Below are positions 27,527 to 37,522 of a stretch of DNA of 64,000 nt, in pieces. The stretch is from an uncultured Alphaproteobacteria bacterium. Lineage in GTDB: Bacteria > Pseudomonadota > Alphaproteobacteria > JALCBB01. Made by a program: the position numbers and the translations under genes. Within the stretch, counting starts at the first letter, position 1, and every line of letters begins with the position of its first letter. The stretch lies in contig OY279575.1 of assembly GCA_958267355.1 (NCBI GenBank), positions 1,132,018 through 1,196,017 of the forward strand, in the 5' to 3' direction. The notes beneath the pieces were generated by a model. It ran no database searches and had not been told where the DNA came from. It saw only the letters and a list, made by a program, of their open reading frames with translations.

Positions 27527-30517
27527 TTATGCGTCTTCGCCGCGCAACCGCTCGCCGTCAGGGTCCAGAAACATCGGCGGGACAATCTTGCACGGCACTG
27601 CCGCTCCTTTGACAAGAGCCGATATGGTTTCTCCGTGGCGTTTGTGTCCGCGGCGTAGAAGCCCCATCGCAAAACCACGCTTCAAAGTCGGACTCATATA
27701 CGACGAAGTAACATGCCCCAAAATCGGAAACGGCGGCGTTAACTCTCCTGCCCCCAAAGGCACACCTTCAGGCAAAACCAAAGTCTCGTTTTCAGGCAAA
27801 AGCCCAACCAACTGCTTACGATCTTCACGGCGCATTCCTGCGCGTTCGGCTCCGCGTCTGCCAACATAATCCTTCTTGGTAGAGCAAAGCCCTGATAAAC
27901 CCAAATCGTCAGGCGTAGTCGTACCTTCGTTATCTTGTCCCGCAATAATGAAACCCTTTTCAGCTCGCAACAGATGCATTGACTCCGTGCCGTAGGGCGT
28001 AATCTTGTACTCAGCACCCGTTTCCATTAAGTCTTCCGCAACCGATACCGCCGCTTCAGGTGCCATATGAATTTCGTACCCCAGCTCACCCGTAAAAGAC
28101 ACACGCAAAATTCGCGCTTTGGCTCCGCAGACTTGCCCTTCACGGAAACGCATATAAGGAAACGCTTCGTGTCCTAAATCAATGTCGGTCAGCGGCTGTA
28201 AAACCTTACGCGCCTTCGGACCATTCAACGCCAAAGCCGCCCATTGCTCGGTGATGGAAGTAAGCCAAACTTCTAAGTCTGTCCATTCGGTTTGTAGCCA
28301 CAACTCCAGCCACGCCAAAACCCGCGGTGCCCCCCCCGTAGTCGTAGAAATAAAGAAACGATCATCAGCCAGCCGCGAGATGACTCCATCATCAAACAGC
28401 GTACCTTCTTCGTTTAACATCAAACCATAGCGACAAGCCCCCGCAGGCATTTTCAGCATTCCATTGGTATAGACACGATTCAAAAACTCTGCCGCGTCTT
28501 TGCCACGCACTTCAATCTTGCCAAGCGTAGATGCATCCATAAAGCCCACCGACTCGCGCACCGCCGCCGACTCGCGTTGGACTGCCCGGTGCATATCTTC
28601 TCCCGCCTTCGGATAGTACCAAGCCCGCATCCACTGCCCGACAGGCTCAAACGCCGCTCCGAGAGTCACAGACCAATCGTGCAGGGGGGTAATCCGCTCG
28701 GGCTGTAAGAAGTCATCCAGCTCCCGCCCCGCAAAAGCCGCCAAAGTCGTAGGCGTATAGGGAGCCCGAAAAGTTGTGACTCCAACTTCGTTCATCGGCA
28801 AACCGCGTATCTTAGAAACAATCCGTATCGCATTAACATTGGCAAGCTTACCTTGATCCGTTGCCATACCCGTTGTCGTATAGCGTTTGACATGTTCAAT
28901 CGACTCGTAGCCTTCACGAATGGCAAGCGCCAAGTCTTTAGCCGTAGAGTCGTTTTGTAAATCCACGAAGGCTTTACCGCGTTTGCCTTTAATCCACGCG
29001 ATGGAGTCGCAATCCAACGCGCCTTCTGCGCCGTGAATGGCTCCATAGGCAGGAGCTGTTGCGCCGACAGCACTTGCCCCTGCTGTAGCTCCTTCTTGCA
29101 CCGCCTGTGCTAAGGCGAAAGAAGCGGCGGCTCCGCCAACGATTGCCATTCCTGCAGGAGCTTCCGCGACAATGAAGCAAGCCTGTTCTTCGTTCCACTG
29201 TACTTTTGCTCCCTGATGGGAAGGCAGGTGAATCACCGGAGACCAACCACCACTCACCGCCAAAGAATCACAAGACATCAAAACCCCGCCGCGTTGGGCG
29301 ACTCCTTCTTCGTCAATCGGAGCAATCCGCAGGTGGTGCAAGTCGTGCCAGCCACGGGCGCGTGAAATTCCGTGGCCAGGGAAAATCGTCACCCCGCACT
29401 CCAAAAGCCGTTGTGCCATAGCTCCACTCGGAGCAGGGCGCGTATCCACAATTGCCTTAACCTCAACTCCCGCTTCTATCAAACTAAGTGCCGAAACATA
29501 GCCGCTGTTGTTATTGGTAAAGACAATTGTTCTGTCCCCAGGCTTTACCGCAAAGCGATTGGCATAGGTAGCTGCAGACGAAGCCAGAGTCACTCCGGGC
29601 AAATCGTTATTGGCAAAAACCATCGGACGCTCAATGGCTCCTGTGGCAATCACCGACCGCGGAGCCCGCAGCCACCACATTCTTTGCCGTGGAGCATTCG
29701 GCTTGTCCTGCTCGGTGCCGTGATGGCGTAGCCGCTCCAATAGCCCCCACATTCCGTGTTCGTATGCCGCAAAGCAAGTGGTGTTCGGCAAAACTTGCAC
29801 ATTGTCCATTGCCGCGAGTTCGCGTTGCATCTTGGCGAGCCAAGCCCGTGCAGGCTCTCCGTCTATGGTCTCGCCTGTGCGGGCAAGCAGACTCCCCCCT
29901 AGAAGCCAATCCTGCTCTACCAGCACAACCCGCTTGCCGCTCTGCCCAGCGGCGTGGGCGGCGGCTAAGCCTGCGGCTCCACCGCCGACGACCAGCACTT
30001 CAGCGTAGGCATAACGCCGCTCATAGGAGTCAGGATCAGCCTGACCCGATGCACATCCCAAACCTGCGCTACGGCGAATCATCGGCTCGTAGCGTTTGTG
30101 CCACCAAGCCGCAGGACTCATAAAAGTCTTGTAATAAAACCCCGCTGGCAAAAACGGAGACAAAAAGTTATTCACCGAAAGCAAGTCAAAGTCCAAACTT
30201 GGCCAGGCGTTTTGTGGCACGGCGTTGAGTCCTTCGGTTAGCAGAACTTCTGTTGCTCGCAGGTTGGGAGTCATCCGCCCGTTGCGTCCGACTGTGACCA
30301 GTGCGTTGGGCTCTTCTACGCCTGCCGTATAGATCCCCCGCGGACGGTGATACTTGAAGCTACGTCCGACGAAGTGGATTCCGTGAGCAAGCAAGGCACT
30401 TGCTAAGGTATCGCCGTGAAAGCCGTGCAGGGTTCTTCCGCCCCAAGAAAATTGGAGCAGTTGCGAACGATCGATATGTCCGCCGCTTGGCAGACGATAT
30501 TTTGCGACAGCTTTCAC
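27527..30517 (-). CDS. soxA: Sarcosine oxidase alpha subunit
   Basis: GDTLASAL, RSFKYHRPRG, KRYTTTGMATDQGK, GcvT-like C-terminus. Confidence 0.95.
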   Translation of the reverse strand: MKAVAKYRLPSGGHIDRSQLLQFSWGGRTLHGFHGDTLASALLAHGIHFVGRSFKYHRPRGIYTAGVEEPNALVTVGRNGRMTPNLRATEVLLTEGLNAVPQNAWPSLDFDLLSVNNFLSPFLPAGFYYKTFMSPAAWWHKRYEPMIRRSAGLGCASGQADPDSYERRYAYAEVLVVGGGAAGLAAAHAAGQSGKRVVLVEQDWLLGGSLLARTGETIDGEPARAWLAKMQRELAAMDNVQVLPNTTCFAAYEHGMWGLLERLRHHGTEQDKPNAPRQRMWWLRAPRSVIATGAIERPMVFANNDLPGVTLASSAATYANRFAVKPGDRTIVFTNNNSGYVSALSLIEAGVEVKAIVDTRPAPSGAMAQRLLECGVTIFPGHGISRARGWHDLHHLRIAPIDEEGVAQRGGVLMSCDSLAVSGGWSPVIHLPSHQGAKVQWNEEQACFIVAEAPAGMAIVGGAAASFALAQAVQEGATAGASAVGATAPAYGAIHGAEGALDCDSIAWIKGKRGKAFVDLQNDSTAKDLALAIREGYESIEHVKRYTTTGMATDQGKLANVNAIRIVSKIRGLPMNEVGVTTFRAPYTPTTLAAFAGRELDDFLQPERITPLHDWSVTLGAAFEPVGQWMRAWYYPKAGEDMHRAVQRESAAVRESVGFMDASTLGKIEVRGKDAAEFLNRVYTNGMLKMPAGACRYGLMLNEEGTLFDDGVISRLADDRFFISTTTGGAPRVLAWLELWLQTEWTDLEVWLTSITEQWAALALNGPKARKVLQPLTDIDLGHEAFPYMRFREGQVCGAKARILRVSFTGELGYEIHMAPEAAVSVAEDLMETGAEYKITPYGTESMHLLRAEKGFIIAGQDNEGTTTPDDLGLSGLCSTKKDYVGRRGAERAGMRREDRKQLVGLLPENETLVLPEGVPLGAGELTPPFPILGHVTSSYMSPTLKRGFAMGLLRRGHKRHGETISALVKGAAVPCKIVPPMFLDPDGERLRGEDA

Positions 30518-30573
30518 TTTACGCTTCTCGGGGTAATTCTCGGGGCAATTCTTGGTGCAATTCTCGTTTGTGG

Positions 30574-30867
30574 TTAGACTTCCTTGCGCTCGGGCACCGC
30601 TGGCGGAGCTTCAAGCATCGGAGCTGACCCGTAAATCTGATTAGAAACCGTATCACGCACGACACGGAAGTATTTTCCGCATCCGTGCAGGTGGAGCCAC
30701 AGCTCGTGGTGTGTGCCCTTCGGGTTGTGGCGGTAATAGACATAATCCGCCCACTCTTGGTCGGAAAGCTCAGGCGGATTTTTCGGACGCGCAATTCCGC
30801 CTTCACCTGCGTAGGTGAATTCGGCTTCGGCGCGTTCGCCACACCAAGGACAAGGTATCAGCAACAT
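30574..30867 (-). CDS. soxD: Sarcosine oxidase delta subunit
   Basis: CPWCG.R...EF, NPKG..HELW.H..GC. Confidence 0.94.
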   Translation of the reverse strand: MLLIPCPWCGERAEAEFTYAGEGGIARPKNPPELSDQEWADYVYYRHNPKGTHHELWLHLHGCGKYFRVVRDTVSNQIYGSAPMLEAPPAVPERKEV

Positions 30868-30997
30868 AATTGTCTTCTTGTGTCTTTTTGTGTCTCTGTG
30901 TTTGTTCGTGCGTTGATTGGCGCGTTCGTTAGCGTGTGGGTTAGCCTATTGGTTAGCCGTTGGTTCGTGTGTTCGTTAGCGTCTTGGTTGGTGGGCT

Positions 30998-32245
30998 TTA
31001 GTGTGCGACAGCGGCGGCGGAGTGTTCATCAATGATAAGTCCGCTGGCGAAGCGGTTGAGCGTAAAGCCTTCTGCTTTGGGATGCGGTGAGCCATTTGCG
31101 ACCAAGTGGGCAAACGCTAGAGCCGAGCCAGGAGTCGCTTTAAATCCGCCTGTTCCCCAGCCGCAGTTGATGAAAAGGTTTTCCACGGGTGTTGGCGAAA
31201 GTATTGCCGAAGCGTCAGGAGCAATATCAACGACTCCGCCCCACGAGCGCAACATACGCAAGCGGCGGAACTGCGGGAACAAGTGGCATACGGCTCCGAT
31301 ACTTCCTGCCAAGACATGTGGCGAGCCGCGTTGTGCGTAGCCGTTGTAGGCGTCAGCTCCGCCGCCGATGACTAGCTCACCTTTGTCGGATTGGCTGACA
31401 TAGCCGTGGATTGCTCCAGACATAATCACGGTGTTCAGGCAGGGCTTGAGCGGCTCTGACACCAGAGCCTGCAACGGACGCGACTCAATCGGCAAACGAA
31501 ACCCTGCAAGGTTTGCCAAAACGCTTGCGTGTCCTGCGGGAACAAGCGCGACTTTATCGGCTTCAATAGCTCCGCGTGTGGTTTCAACGCCGCGCACTTT
31601 TCCGCCTTCAATACGGAATCCATTGACGGTGCATTGTTCAATGATATCTACACCGAGTGCATCGGCGGCGCGTGCATATCCCCAAGCGACGGCATCGTGT
31701 CGGGCTGTGCCTGCTGTGCGTTGTAGTGAAGCTCCTAGCACGGGCAGGCGCGGACAAGCTACATGCATTTCGGGTACTTCTTTTTTGATTTGTGCGGGTG
31801 TTAAAAACTCTCCTTCTATTCCGCTGGCTTGGTTGGCAAGGACTCGTCTCTGCACTCCTTTCAGATCGTGTTCGTCGTGACACAGGTTCAGCACGCCACG
31901 CGGAGAAAACATTACATTGTAATTAACTTCCTGCGACAGAGTCTCCCACAGGGAGCGGGCAAGTTCGTAGAGTCCGCCTGACTCGTCTTGCAGATAGTTT
32001 GAGCGAATGATTGTGGTGTTGCGTCCTGTATTGCCGCCGCCGAGCCAGCCGCGTTCTAGGACTGCGATTTTGCGTAGTCCGTGGTGTTTGGCGAGATAGT
32101 ATGCGGTGCCGAGTCCGTGTCCGCCTGCGCCGACGACGATGACATCGTAGTGCTGGCGTGGCTCTGGGGAACGCCAGGCGCGTTGCCAGTGGCGGTGTCC
32201 GCGAAAGGCGTGATAGGCGAGCGAGATGGCGGAATATTTCTGCAC
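30998..32245 (-). CDS. soxB: Sarcosine oxidase beta subunit
   Basis: GAGGHG, GGGNTGRNTTIIRSNY, GWGTGGFKATP, AAAVAH end. Confidence 0.96.
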   Translation of the reverse strand: MQKYSAISLAYHAFRGHRHWQRAWRSPEPRQHYDVIVVGAGGHGLGTAYYLAKHHGLRKIAVLERGWLGGGNTGRNTTIIRSNYLQDESGGLYELARSLWETLSQEVNYNVMFSPRGVLNLCHDEHDLKGVQRRVLANQASGIEGEFLTPAQIKKEVPEMHVACPRLPVLGASLQRTAGTARHDAVAWGYARAADALGVDIIEQCTVNGFRIEGGKVRGVETTRGAIEADKVALVPAGHASVLANLAGFRLPIESRPLQALVSEPLKPCLNTVIMSGAIHGYVSQSDKGELVIGGGADAYNGYAQRGSPHVLAGSIGAVCHLFPQFRRLRMLRSWGGVVDIAPDASAILSPTPVENLFINCGWGTGGFKATPGSALAFAHLVANGSPHPKAEGFTLNRFASGLIIDEHSAAAVAH

Positions 32246-32458
32246 GGAGAGTCCAAACGATACGAAAAGGTGTCAGGAAAGCCACCAACAAAGCCCCAAC
32301 ACAGATGGGACACAAATGGGACAAAGTGGCGAGCCTACGGCAAGGCTTGGAGCCAAGCTAATCTAGCCCGCCCGCTTGGTGCTGACTAGCCCCTCCGCTA
32401 GTGGAAGGGCTATGCACGGGGGCAAGCCAGTCATTTTTCGGCTATCTTGTGTTTGCCT

Positions 32459-32521
32459 TGTGGCTTGTGCTTGGTGTGGCTTGTGCTTGGTGTGGCTTGT
32501 GCTGGCTGTGGCTTGTGCTGG
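32459..32521. repeat. ~16-bp tandem repeat (TGTGGCTTGTGCTTGG) about 4 units
   Basis: Directly visible. Confidence 0.9.
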
Positions 32522-32593
32522 GCGTTAAGCCTGTAGCTGGTATCTTTGCTGACACTTGATTAGATATCCTTGGCGATGGTTCATTAATCCCTC

Positions 32594-32693
32594 ACCGATA
32601 CCCCTTTACCCTTACCCCTTACCCTTTACCGATACCCCCTACCCTTTACCCTTTACCCATACCCCTTACCCTTTACCCCTTACCAATACCCCC
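32594..32693. repeat. C-rich short repeat (ACCC(C)TT(T))n; G-run array on minus strand
   Basis: About 14 degenerate 6-7 bp units directly upstream of the gpt RBS. Confidence 0.9.
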
Positions 32694-32707
32694 AAGGAGA
32701 CTTCTCA

Positions 32708-33358
32708 ATGGAGCCCAATACACCCAATACAACAGAGCCGCGTTCAACAGAGTCCAGTTCTACGGATTCCAGTTCTACGGATTCCAGTTCTGCGGATTCC
32801 AGTTCTACGGATTCCAGTTCTACAGAAACGGGTGCGCCGACAAAGTTTTTTTCCGTCACTTGGGCGGAGCTACACCGTGACTCAAAGGTTTTGGCGTGGC
32901 GTTTGGCGCAGAATGCTCCTGCGGGGGGCTGGCGTGGCGTTGTGGCGGTGACGCGGGGTGGATTGGTACCATCTGCGGTGGTGGCGCGTGAGTTGGATAT
33001 ACGCATTATTGAGACTCTGGGTTCGGTGGGCTATCGCGACAAGGTACGTTTGGAGCGAGCGCAACTTTTGAAGCCTGCAATCTTGGCGGTGGAAGTGCGT
33101 GGTAAAGACTGGCTGGTTGTGGATGATTTAGTTGATACGGGAACTACGGCGGCGTTGGTGCGTGAGCAGTTGCCTGAAGCGCATTTTGCGACGATTTACG
33201 CTAAGCCTGAAGGCAAGGACTCTGTTGATTCTTTTGTTACTGAAGTCAGCCAAGACACTTGGATATTATTTCCGTGGGATACTGAACTGCGTGAAGCGAC
33301 TCCGATAGCGAATTTGCGTCTTGGTGCGGGTATGCCTGAGACGATGACAAGCGGATAG
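32708..33358 (+). CDS. gpt: Xanthine-guanine phosphoribosyltransferase with Ser/Thr-rich repeat N-terminus
   Basis: VTRGGLVP, VVDDLVDTG, TIYAKP, QDTWILFPWD; 15-bp repeat x5 at 32753-32825. Confidence 0.93.
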   Translation: MEPNTPNTTEPRSTESSSTDSSSTDSSSADSSSTDSSSTETGAPTKFFSVTWAELHRDSKVLAWRLAQNAPAGGWRGVVAVTRGGLVPSAVVARELDIRIIETLGSVGYRDKVRLERAQLLKPAILAVEVRGKDWLVVDDLVDTGTTAALVREQLPEAHFATIYAKPEGKDSVDSFVTEVSQDTWILFPWDTELREATPIANLRLGAGMPETMTSG

Positions 33359-33508
33359 CCTTAAGCAGGCGATTTAGCGAACAGGTTTAGACAGGCGATT
33401 TAGTGCATAGGTTTAAACAAGCAGCGTGGCGGACAGGCTTAGACAAACAGGTTTGGATAAACAGGTTTAGACGGACAATTTAAAACAGGCGGATTTAGGC
33501 ACGTGGTG

Positions 33509-34474
33509 ATGCAAGTTGCATTTTTCGGTACGCCTGAGTTGGCAGAAGTGGTACTTGTTGCCTTAGAGAAAGCACTCGCGGAACGCGGTGGCAAGATTGC
33601 GCAGATCTGGACTCGTCCGCCTGTGGCTCGTGATAGGGGCAAGCGGGTTCAGGCGAGTCCTGTTTCTTTGTGGGCGCAGGAACGCGGCTATGCGGTGCGT
33701 GAGCCTGAACAACTCGGAGGCAAAGAAGCGGAATTTTTGCGGGCTATAGATCTTGCTATTGTTTTTGCCTACGGAGAAAAACTTCCGCGAGAAGTTTTAG
33801 TGGCTCCGAAATTTGGCTGTATAAACTTGCATCCATCTTTACTGCCGCGATGGCGTGGAGCTACACCCTGCAACGCGGCAATTTTAGCAGGAGACAAAAC
33901 AAGCGGCTGGTCTTGGCTTCGTATGACTGAAGAAATGGATGCAGGGCCAATTCTGATGCAATCGGAGTCAGCCATTGGCGGACAAGAAACAGCTGAAGAT
34001 TTAGAAACGCGCCTGGTTGCTGAAGCCGCGACTGCCCTGCCCGCCTTAATCAACGGGCTTGCAAACAACACCTTGGAAGCCTGTGAGCAGGATTCAACGC
34101 ACGCTACCTATGCTCCAAAGCTGACCCGCGAAGCTGGGCTTTTAGATTGGCGGACAAGTGCTGAAGATTTGGCGCGGCGTGTGCGGGCTTTGGCACCTTG
34201 GCCTGGCACTTGGTGTCCCTTGGCAGTGCCGACAGAGAGCAGTGAGCGGCTGAAGGTTTTAGAAGTGCGGGCGAGCGACAAGCCGCAGGAGTCCAAAGCC
34301 ATTGGTAGCGTCTTACGGGGAGAAAAAGCTGAAGATGCACTACAAGTGGCTTGTGGCGAAGGCGGCACGGAGCGACTCATTCTTTTGCGTGTCCAGAGAC
34401 AGGGGCGCAAGCCCATGACAGGAGCAGAACTTCAACGCGGCTTTGCTCTGCCTGAACAACTTCCCGTGCCGTAG
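33509..34474 (+). CDS. fmt: Methionyl-tRNA formyltransferase
   Basis: FFGTP, INLHPSLLPRWRGATP, MDAGP, RALAPWPG. Confidence 0.95.
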   Translation: MQVAFFGTPELAEVVLVALEKALAERGGKIAQIWTRPPVARDRGKRVQASPVSLWAQERGYAVREPEQLGGKEAEFLRAIDLAIVFAYGEKLPREVLVAPKFGCINLHPSLLPRWRGATPCNAAILAGDKTSGWSWLRMTEEMDAGPILMQSESAIGGQETAEDLETRLVAEAATALPALINGLANNTLEACEQDSTHATYAPKLTREAGLLDWRTSAEDLARRVRALAPWPGTWCPLAVPTESSERLKVLEVRASDKPQESKAIGSVLRGEKAEDALQVACGEGGTERLILLRVQRQGRKPMTGAELQRGFALPEQLPVP

Positions 34475-34589
34475 GGTTTTCTTGCCCCTTGTGCTGTAAA
34501 ACTTCCCTTCCCTCTGTGCCGTAAAGTTTTCCTTCCCCCTGTGCCGTAAAGTTTTCCTCAAGCCTTGTGGCTTTACACTCCCTACACCT

Positions 34590-35369
34590 ATGCCCGACTC
34601 AACGCGCTATCACCTTGTCTTGGAATACGACGGCACGCGCTTTTGTGGCTGGCAATCGCAAAGCAACGCGCTTTCCGTTCAGGACACCCTAGAAGAAGCT
34701 ATATTCCGCTATAGCCGTGCGCGGGTTCGCACGGTGGCGGCAGGACGCACTGACACAGGCGTGCATGCTTTGGCGCAACAGATCCACTTTGACTTGCCGG
34801 GTCAGCCTGCGGCACAGGAAGTGCGTGATGCACTGAACTACTATTTACGGGCAGGACAAAGTCACGACATCACGGTAACGCAAGCGGCAATTGCGCATTC
34901 TGAATTTCATGCTCGCTTTGATGCGGTGCGCCGCCACTATCTTTACCGTCTTTTGGTGCATCCGACTCCGCCTGCTTTAGACAGAAAGCGTGTGTTATGG
35001 GTGCGCCACCCGATTAACCTACCCGCCATGGAGCAAGCGGCAAGTTGTCTTCTTGGCAAGCACGATTTTTCGGCTTTTCGGGCGGCGAGCTGTCAGGCGA
35101 AGACTTCCATTCGCACGATGGAAAGCCTGACACTCACCCAGCAGACCACAGCGACAGGAGACGAAGTGCATCTTCGCTTCACTGCCGATGGATTCCTGCA
35201 GAATCAGATTCGCATTATTGTCGGCAGTCTTCTGATGATTGGCTTGGAGCGTTGGCAGCCCGAGCGTTTGGAGCAGATTCTCCAATCTGCCCGTCGTAGC
35301 GAAGCAGGCCCTACGGCGGCGGCACAGGGGCTCTATTTTGCGGGCGCAGATTACCCCCCTGTTCCTTAG
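34590..35369 (+). CDS. truA: tRNA pseudouridine(38-40) synthase
   Basis: EYDGT.F.GWQ, AGRTDTGVHA, FHARF, HDFSAFRA. Confidence 0.96.
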   Translation: MPDSTRYHLVLEYDGTRFCGWQSQSNALSVQDTLEEAIFRYSRARVRTVAAGRTDTGVHALAQQIHFDLPGQPAAQEVRDALNYYLRAGQSHDITVTQAAIAHSEFHARFDAVRRHYLYRLLVHPTPPALDRKRVLWVRHPINLPAMEQAASCLLGKHDFSAFRAASCQAKTSIRTMESLTLTQQTTATGDEVHLRFTADGFLQNQIRIIVGSLLMIGLERWQPERLEQILQSARRSEAGPTAAAQGLYFAGADYPPVP

Positions 35370-35472
35370 AGTGGCTCTACACTTGCCAGCCCGCCTGTGG
35401 CTTGGCACAATAGCGATGGAGCGACTTGTAGCTCCCTGAATGGCACCACAGGATTAAACACAGGATTAGCCC

Positions 35473-36030
35473 GTGTCTTCTAACTCGTCTCTTGAAGGAA
35501 ACAAGATTGCGGCGGCGGTGTTGGTCGCGGGGATTGTTGCGATGTTGAGCGGCTTTATTGCCGATCAATTTTTCCACGCTGAGACTTTAGAAACCGATGC
35601 TTATCCGATTGCGGTGGTGGAAACGGCGGCGGCAAGCACGATTGCTGAAGAGCCGCCACTGACTCGCGATGAGATCTTGGTTTTGATTTCCAGTGCCAGT
35701 CTTGACCAAGGAGCCAAGGTGGCAAAGAAGTGCGTGAGCTGCCATACCTTCGGACAAGGCGAGCCTGACAAAATTGGTCCGAACCTGTGGAATTCGATTA
35801 ATCGTCCGATTGCATCGGAAGGAGATTTTGAATACTCCAAGGCGTTTCAGGCTTTGGCGGCTACGGGTTTTGTTTGGGATTACGAACAGCTCTTTCATTA
35901 TTTAGAAAAGCCTGCCCGCCATATCAAAGGCACGAAGATGTCTTTTGCGGGGCTGAAAAAAGAATCGGACAGAGCGGCGATTATTGAATATTTGCGCCAA
36001 CAGGCAAGCACTCCTGCTCCCCTAGAATAG
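35473..36030 (+). CDS. Membrane-anchored class I cytochrome c (CycM/c2-like)
   Basis: N-terminal TM, CVSCH, GPNLW, GTKMSFAG. Confidence 0.92.
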   Translation: MSSNSSLEGNKIAAAVLVAGIVAMLSGFIADQFFHAETLETDAYPIAVVETAAASTIAEEPPLTRDEILVLISSASLDQGAKVAKKCVSCHTFGQGEPDKIGPNLWNSINRPIASEGDFEYSKAFQALAATGFVWDYEQLFHYLEKPARHIKGTKMSFAGLKKESDRAAIIEYLRQQASTPAPLE

Positions 36031-36055
36031 CCGCTGTCGGGGCTTGCCCTGTTAA

Positions 36056-36540
36056 AAGCCCCCTACACGCCTTGTAAGCCTTCCACAGCCCTTTACAGCC
36101 CTATAAGCCCTATATCGCCCCTGTAAGCCCCTTACAGCCCCTGTAAGCCCTGTAAAGCCCATATACGCCTTACAAGCCGCCTACACGCCCTGTAAGCCTT
36201 CTACAGCCCTGATACTGCCCTACAAGCCTTATATCGCCCTATAAGCCCCTTATAGCCCCTGTAAGCCCCTTACAGCCCTACAAGCCCTATATCGCCCCTA
36301 CAAGCCCTGTAAAGCCCCCATACGCCTTACAAGCCCTGTAAAGCCCCTATACGCCTTACAAGCCCCCTACACGCCTTGTAAGCCTTCTACAGCCCTGATA
36401 CTGCCCTACAAGCCCTTACAGCCCTGTAAAGCCCCCTATACGCCTTACAAGCCGCCTACACGCCCTGTAAGCCCCTTACAGCCCGTATACCACCCTATAA
36501 GCCCCTTACACAGCCCGACAAGCCTTACACGCCCCTACAG
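36056..36540. repeat. ~480-bp degenerate satellite of 9-11 bp units (GCCC(C)TGTAA / GCCC(C)TACA(A)) with higher-order blocks
   Basis: About 50 units filling the convergent cytochrome c / pheA gap. Confidence 0.93.
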
Positions 36541-36571
36541 GCGTCTCTGTGGGTCTGATTGTCCTGTCTGG

Positions 36572-37453
36572 CTAATCGCCTAACGGACTGGCTTTCCCTG
36601 TACGGCGAAAATCAGCGGCGGGATAGCTCCCTAAGATTTTCACCTCTTTGCTATAGAAGGCGAGTTCTTCTAGGGCGAGCCGCACGGACTCATCATTCGG
36701 ATTCCCCTCCACATCGGCATAAAACTGCGCGACCCGAAACTTAGAGTCACAAATATAGCTTTCTAGCTTGGTAATATTGACTCCGTTGGTAGCAAAGCCT
36801 CCCAACGCTTTGTATAAAGCGGCAGGGACAGAACGCACCCGAAAAATCAGACTGGTTATCCAATCTTCTATCTTCTTGTCGTATTCCAAGCCTTCACGGG
36901 CGAGAATTAGAAACCGCGTGGTGTTTTCTTCTTCGTCTTGCACATTGGCGGCAAGCACTTCTAGTCCATAGACGCGAGCGGCGAGTGGTGAAGCCAAGGC
37001 TGCATCTTCCACATTTTGTAGCACTGCTAAATCGCGAGCGGCTCCTGCTGTGTCGGCATGCACTCTTGGTTCCCAACCTTGCTTTTCAATAAACAGGCGG
37101 CACTGGCTTAGTGCCTGCTCGTGGCTATGGACTCGCTGAATTGAATCAAGCGAAGTGCCAGCTACAGCCATAAGTGCGTGGCGCACTTCTTGGTATTCCT
37201 CGCCGACGACACGCAGTTCGGAACGCGGCAGAATATCGTGAATTCCTGCGACTCGTCCTGCTCGTGCATTTTCTACGGGCAGGATGGCGCGATCGGCTTT
37301 TCCCTCGCGCACTTGCTTACAGCAATCGTCAAACCGCGGACAAGGAATAATTTCCGCTTGCGGAAAAAGCCTACGGCTAACAATTTCTGAATACGCACCT
37401 TTCACGCCCTGAAAGGTTACGCGTTGTACGCCGTTTTGGTTTATCTGGCTCAC
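36572..37453 (-). CDS. pheA: Prephenate dehydratase
   Basis: FQG..GAYS, PVEN, SH.QAL.QC, NTTRF, ACT domain (TKLES). Confidence 0.94.
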   Translation of the reverse strand: MSQINQNGVQRVTFQGVKGAYSEIVSRRLFPQAEIIPCPRFDDCCKQVREGKADRAILPVENARAGRVAGIHDILPRSELRVVGEEYQEVRHALMAVAGTSLDSIQRVHSHEQALSQCRLFIEKQGWEPRVHADTAGAARDLAVLQNVEDAALASPLAARVYGLEVLAANVQDEEENTTRFLILAREGLEYDKKIEDWITSLIFRVRSVPAALYKALGGFATNGVNITKLESYICDSKFRVAQFYADVEGNPNDESVRLALEELAFYSKEVKILGSYPAADFRRTGKASPLGD

Positions 37454-37522
37454 TTGGATATCTCCTGGGCTTTTGGGCTTATCTGTGGCTTATGCTTGGC
37501 TTATGGTTTGCTTATGCTTGGC

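Noticed and set aside
32556-32951. 131-aa ORF with PYPLPF and RIPVL repeats
   Set aside because: Alternative-frame reading of two repeat tracts overlapping gpt
36056-36540. CRISPR array
   Set aside because: Units are 9-11 bp and degenerate, with no unique spacers and no cas genes in the window
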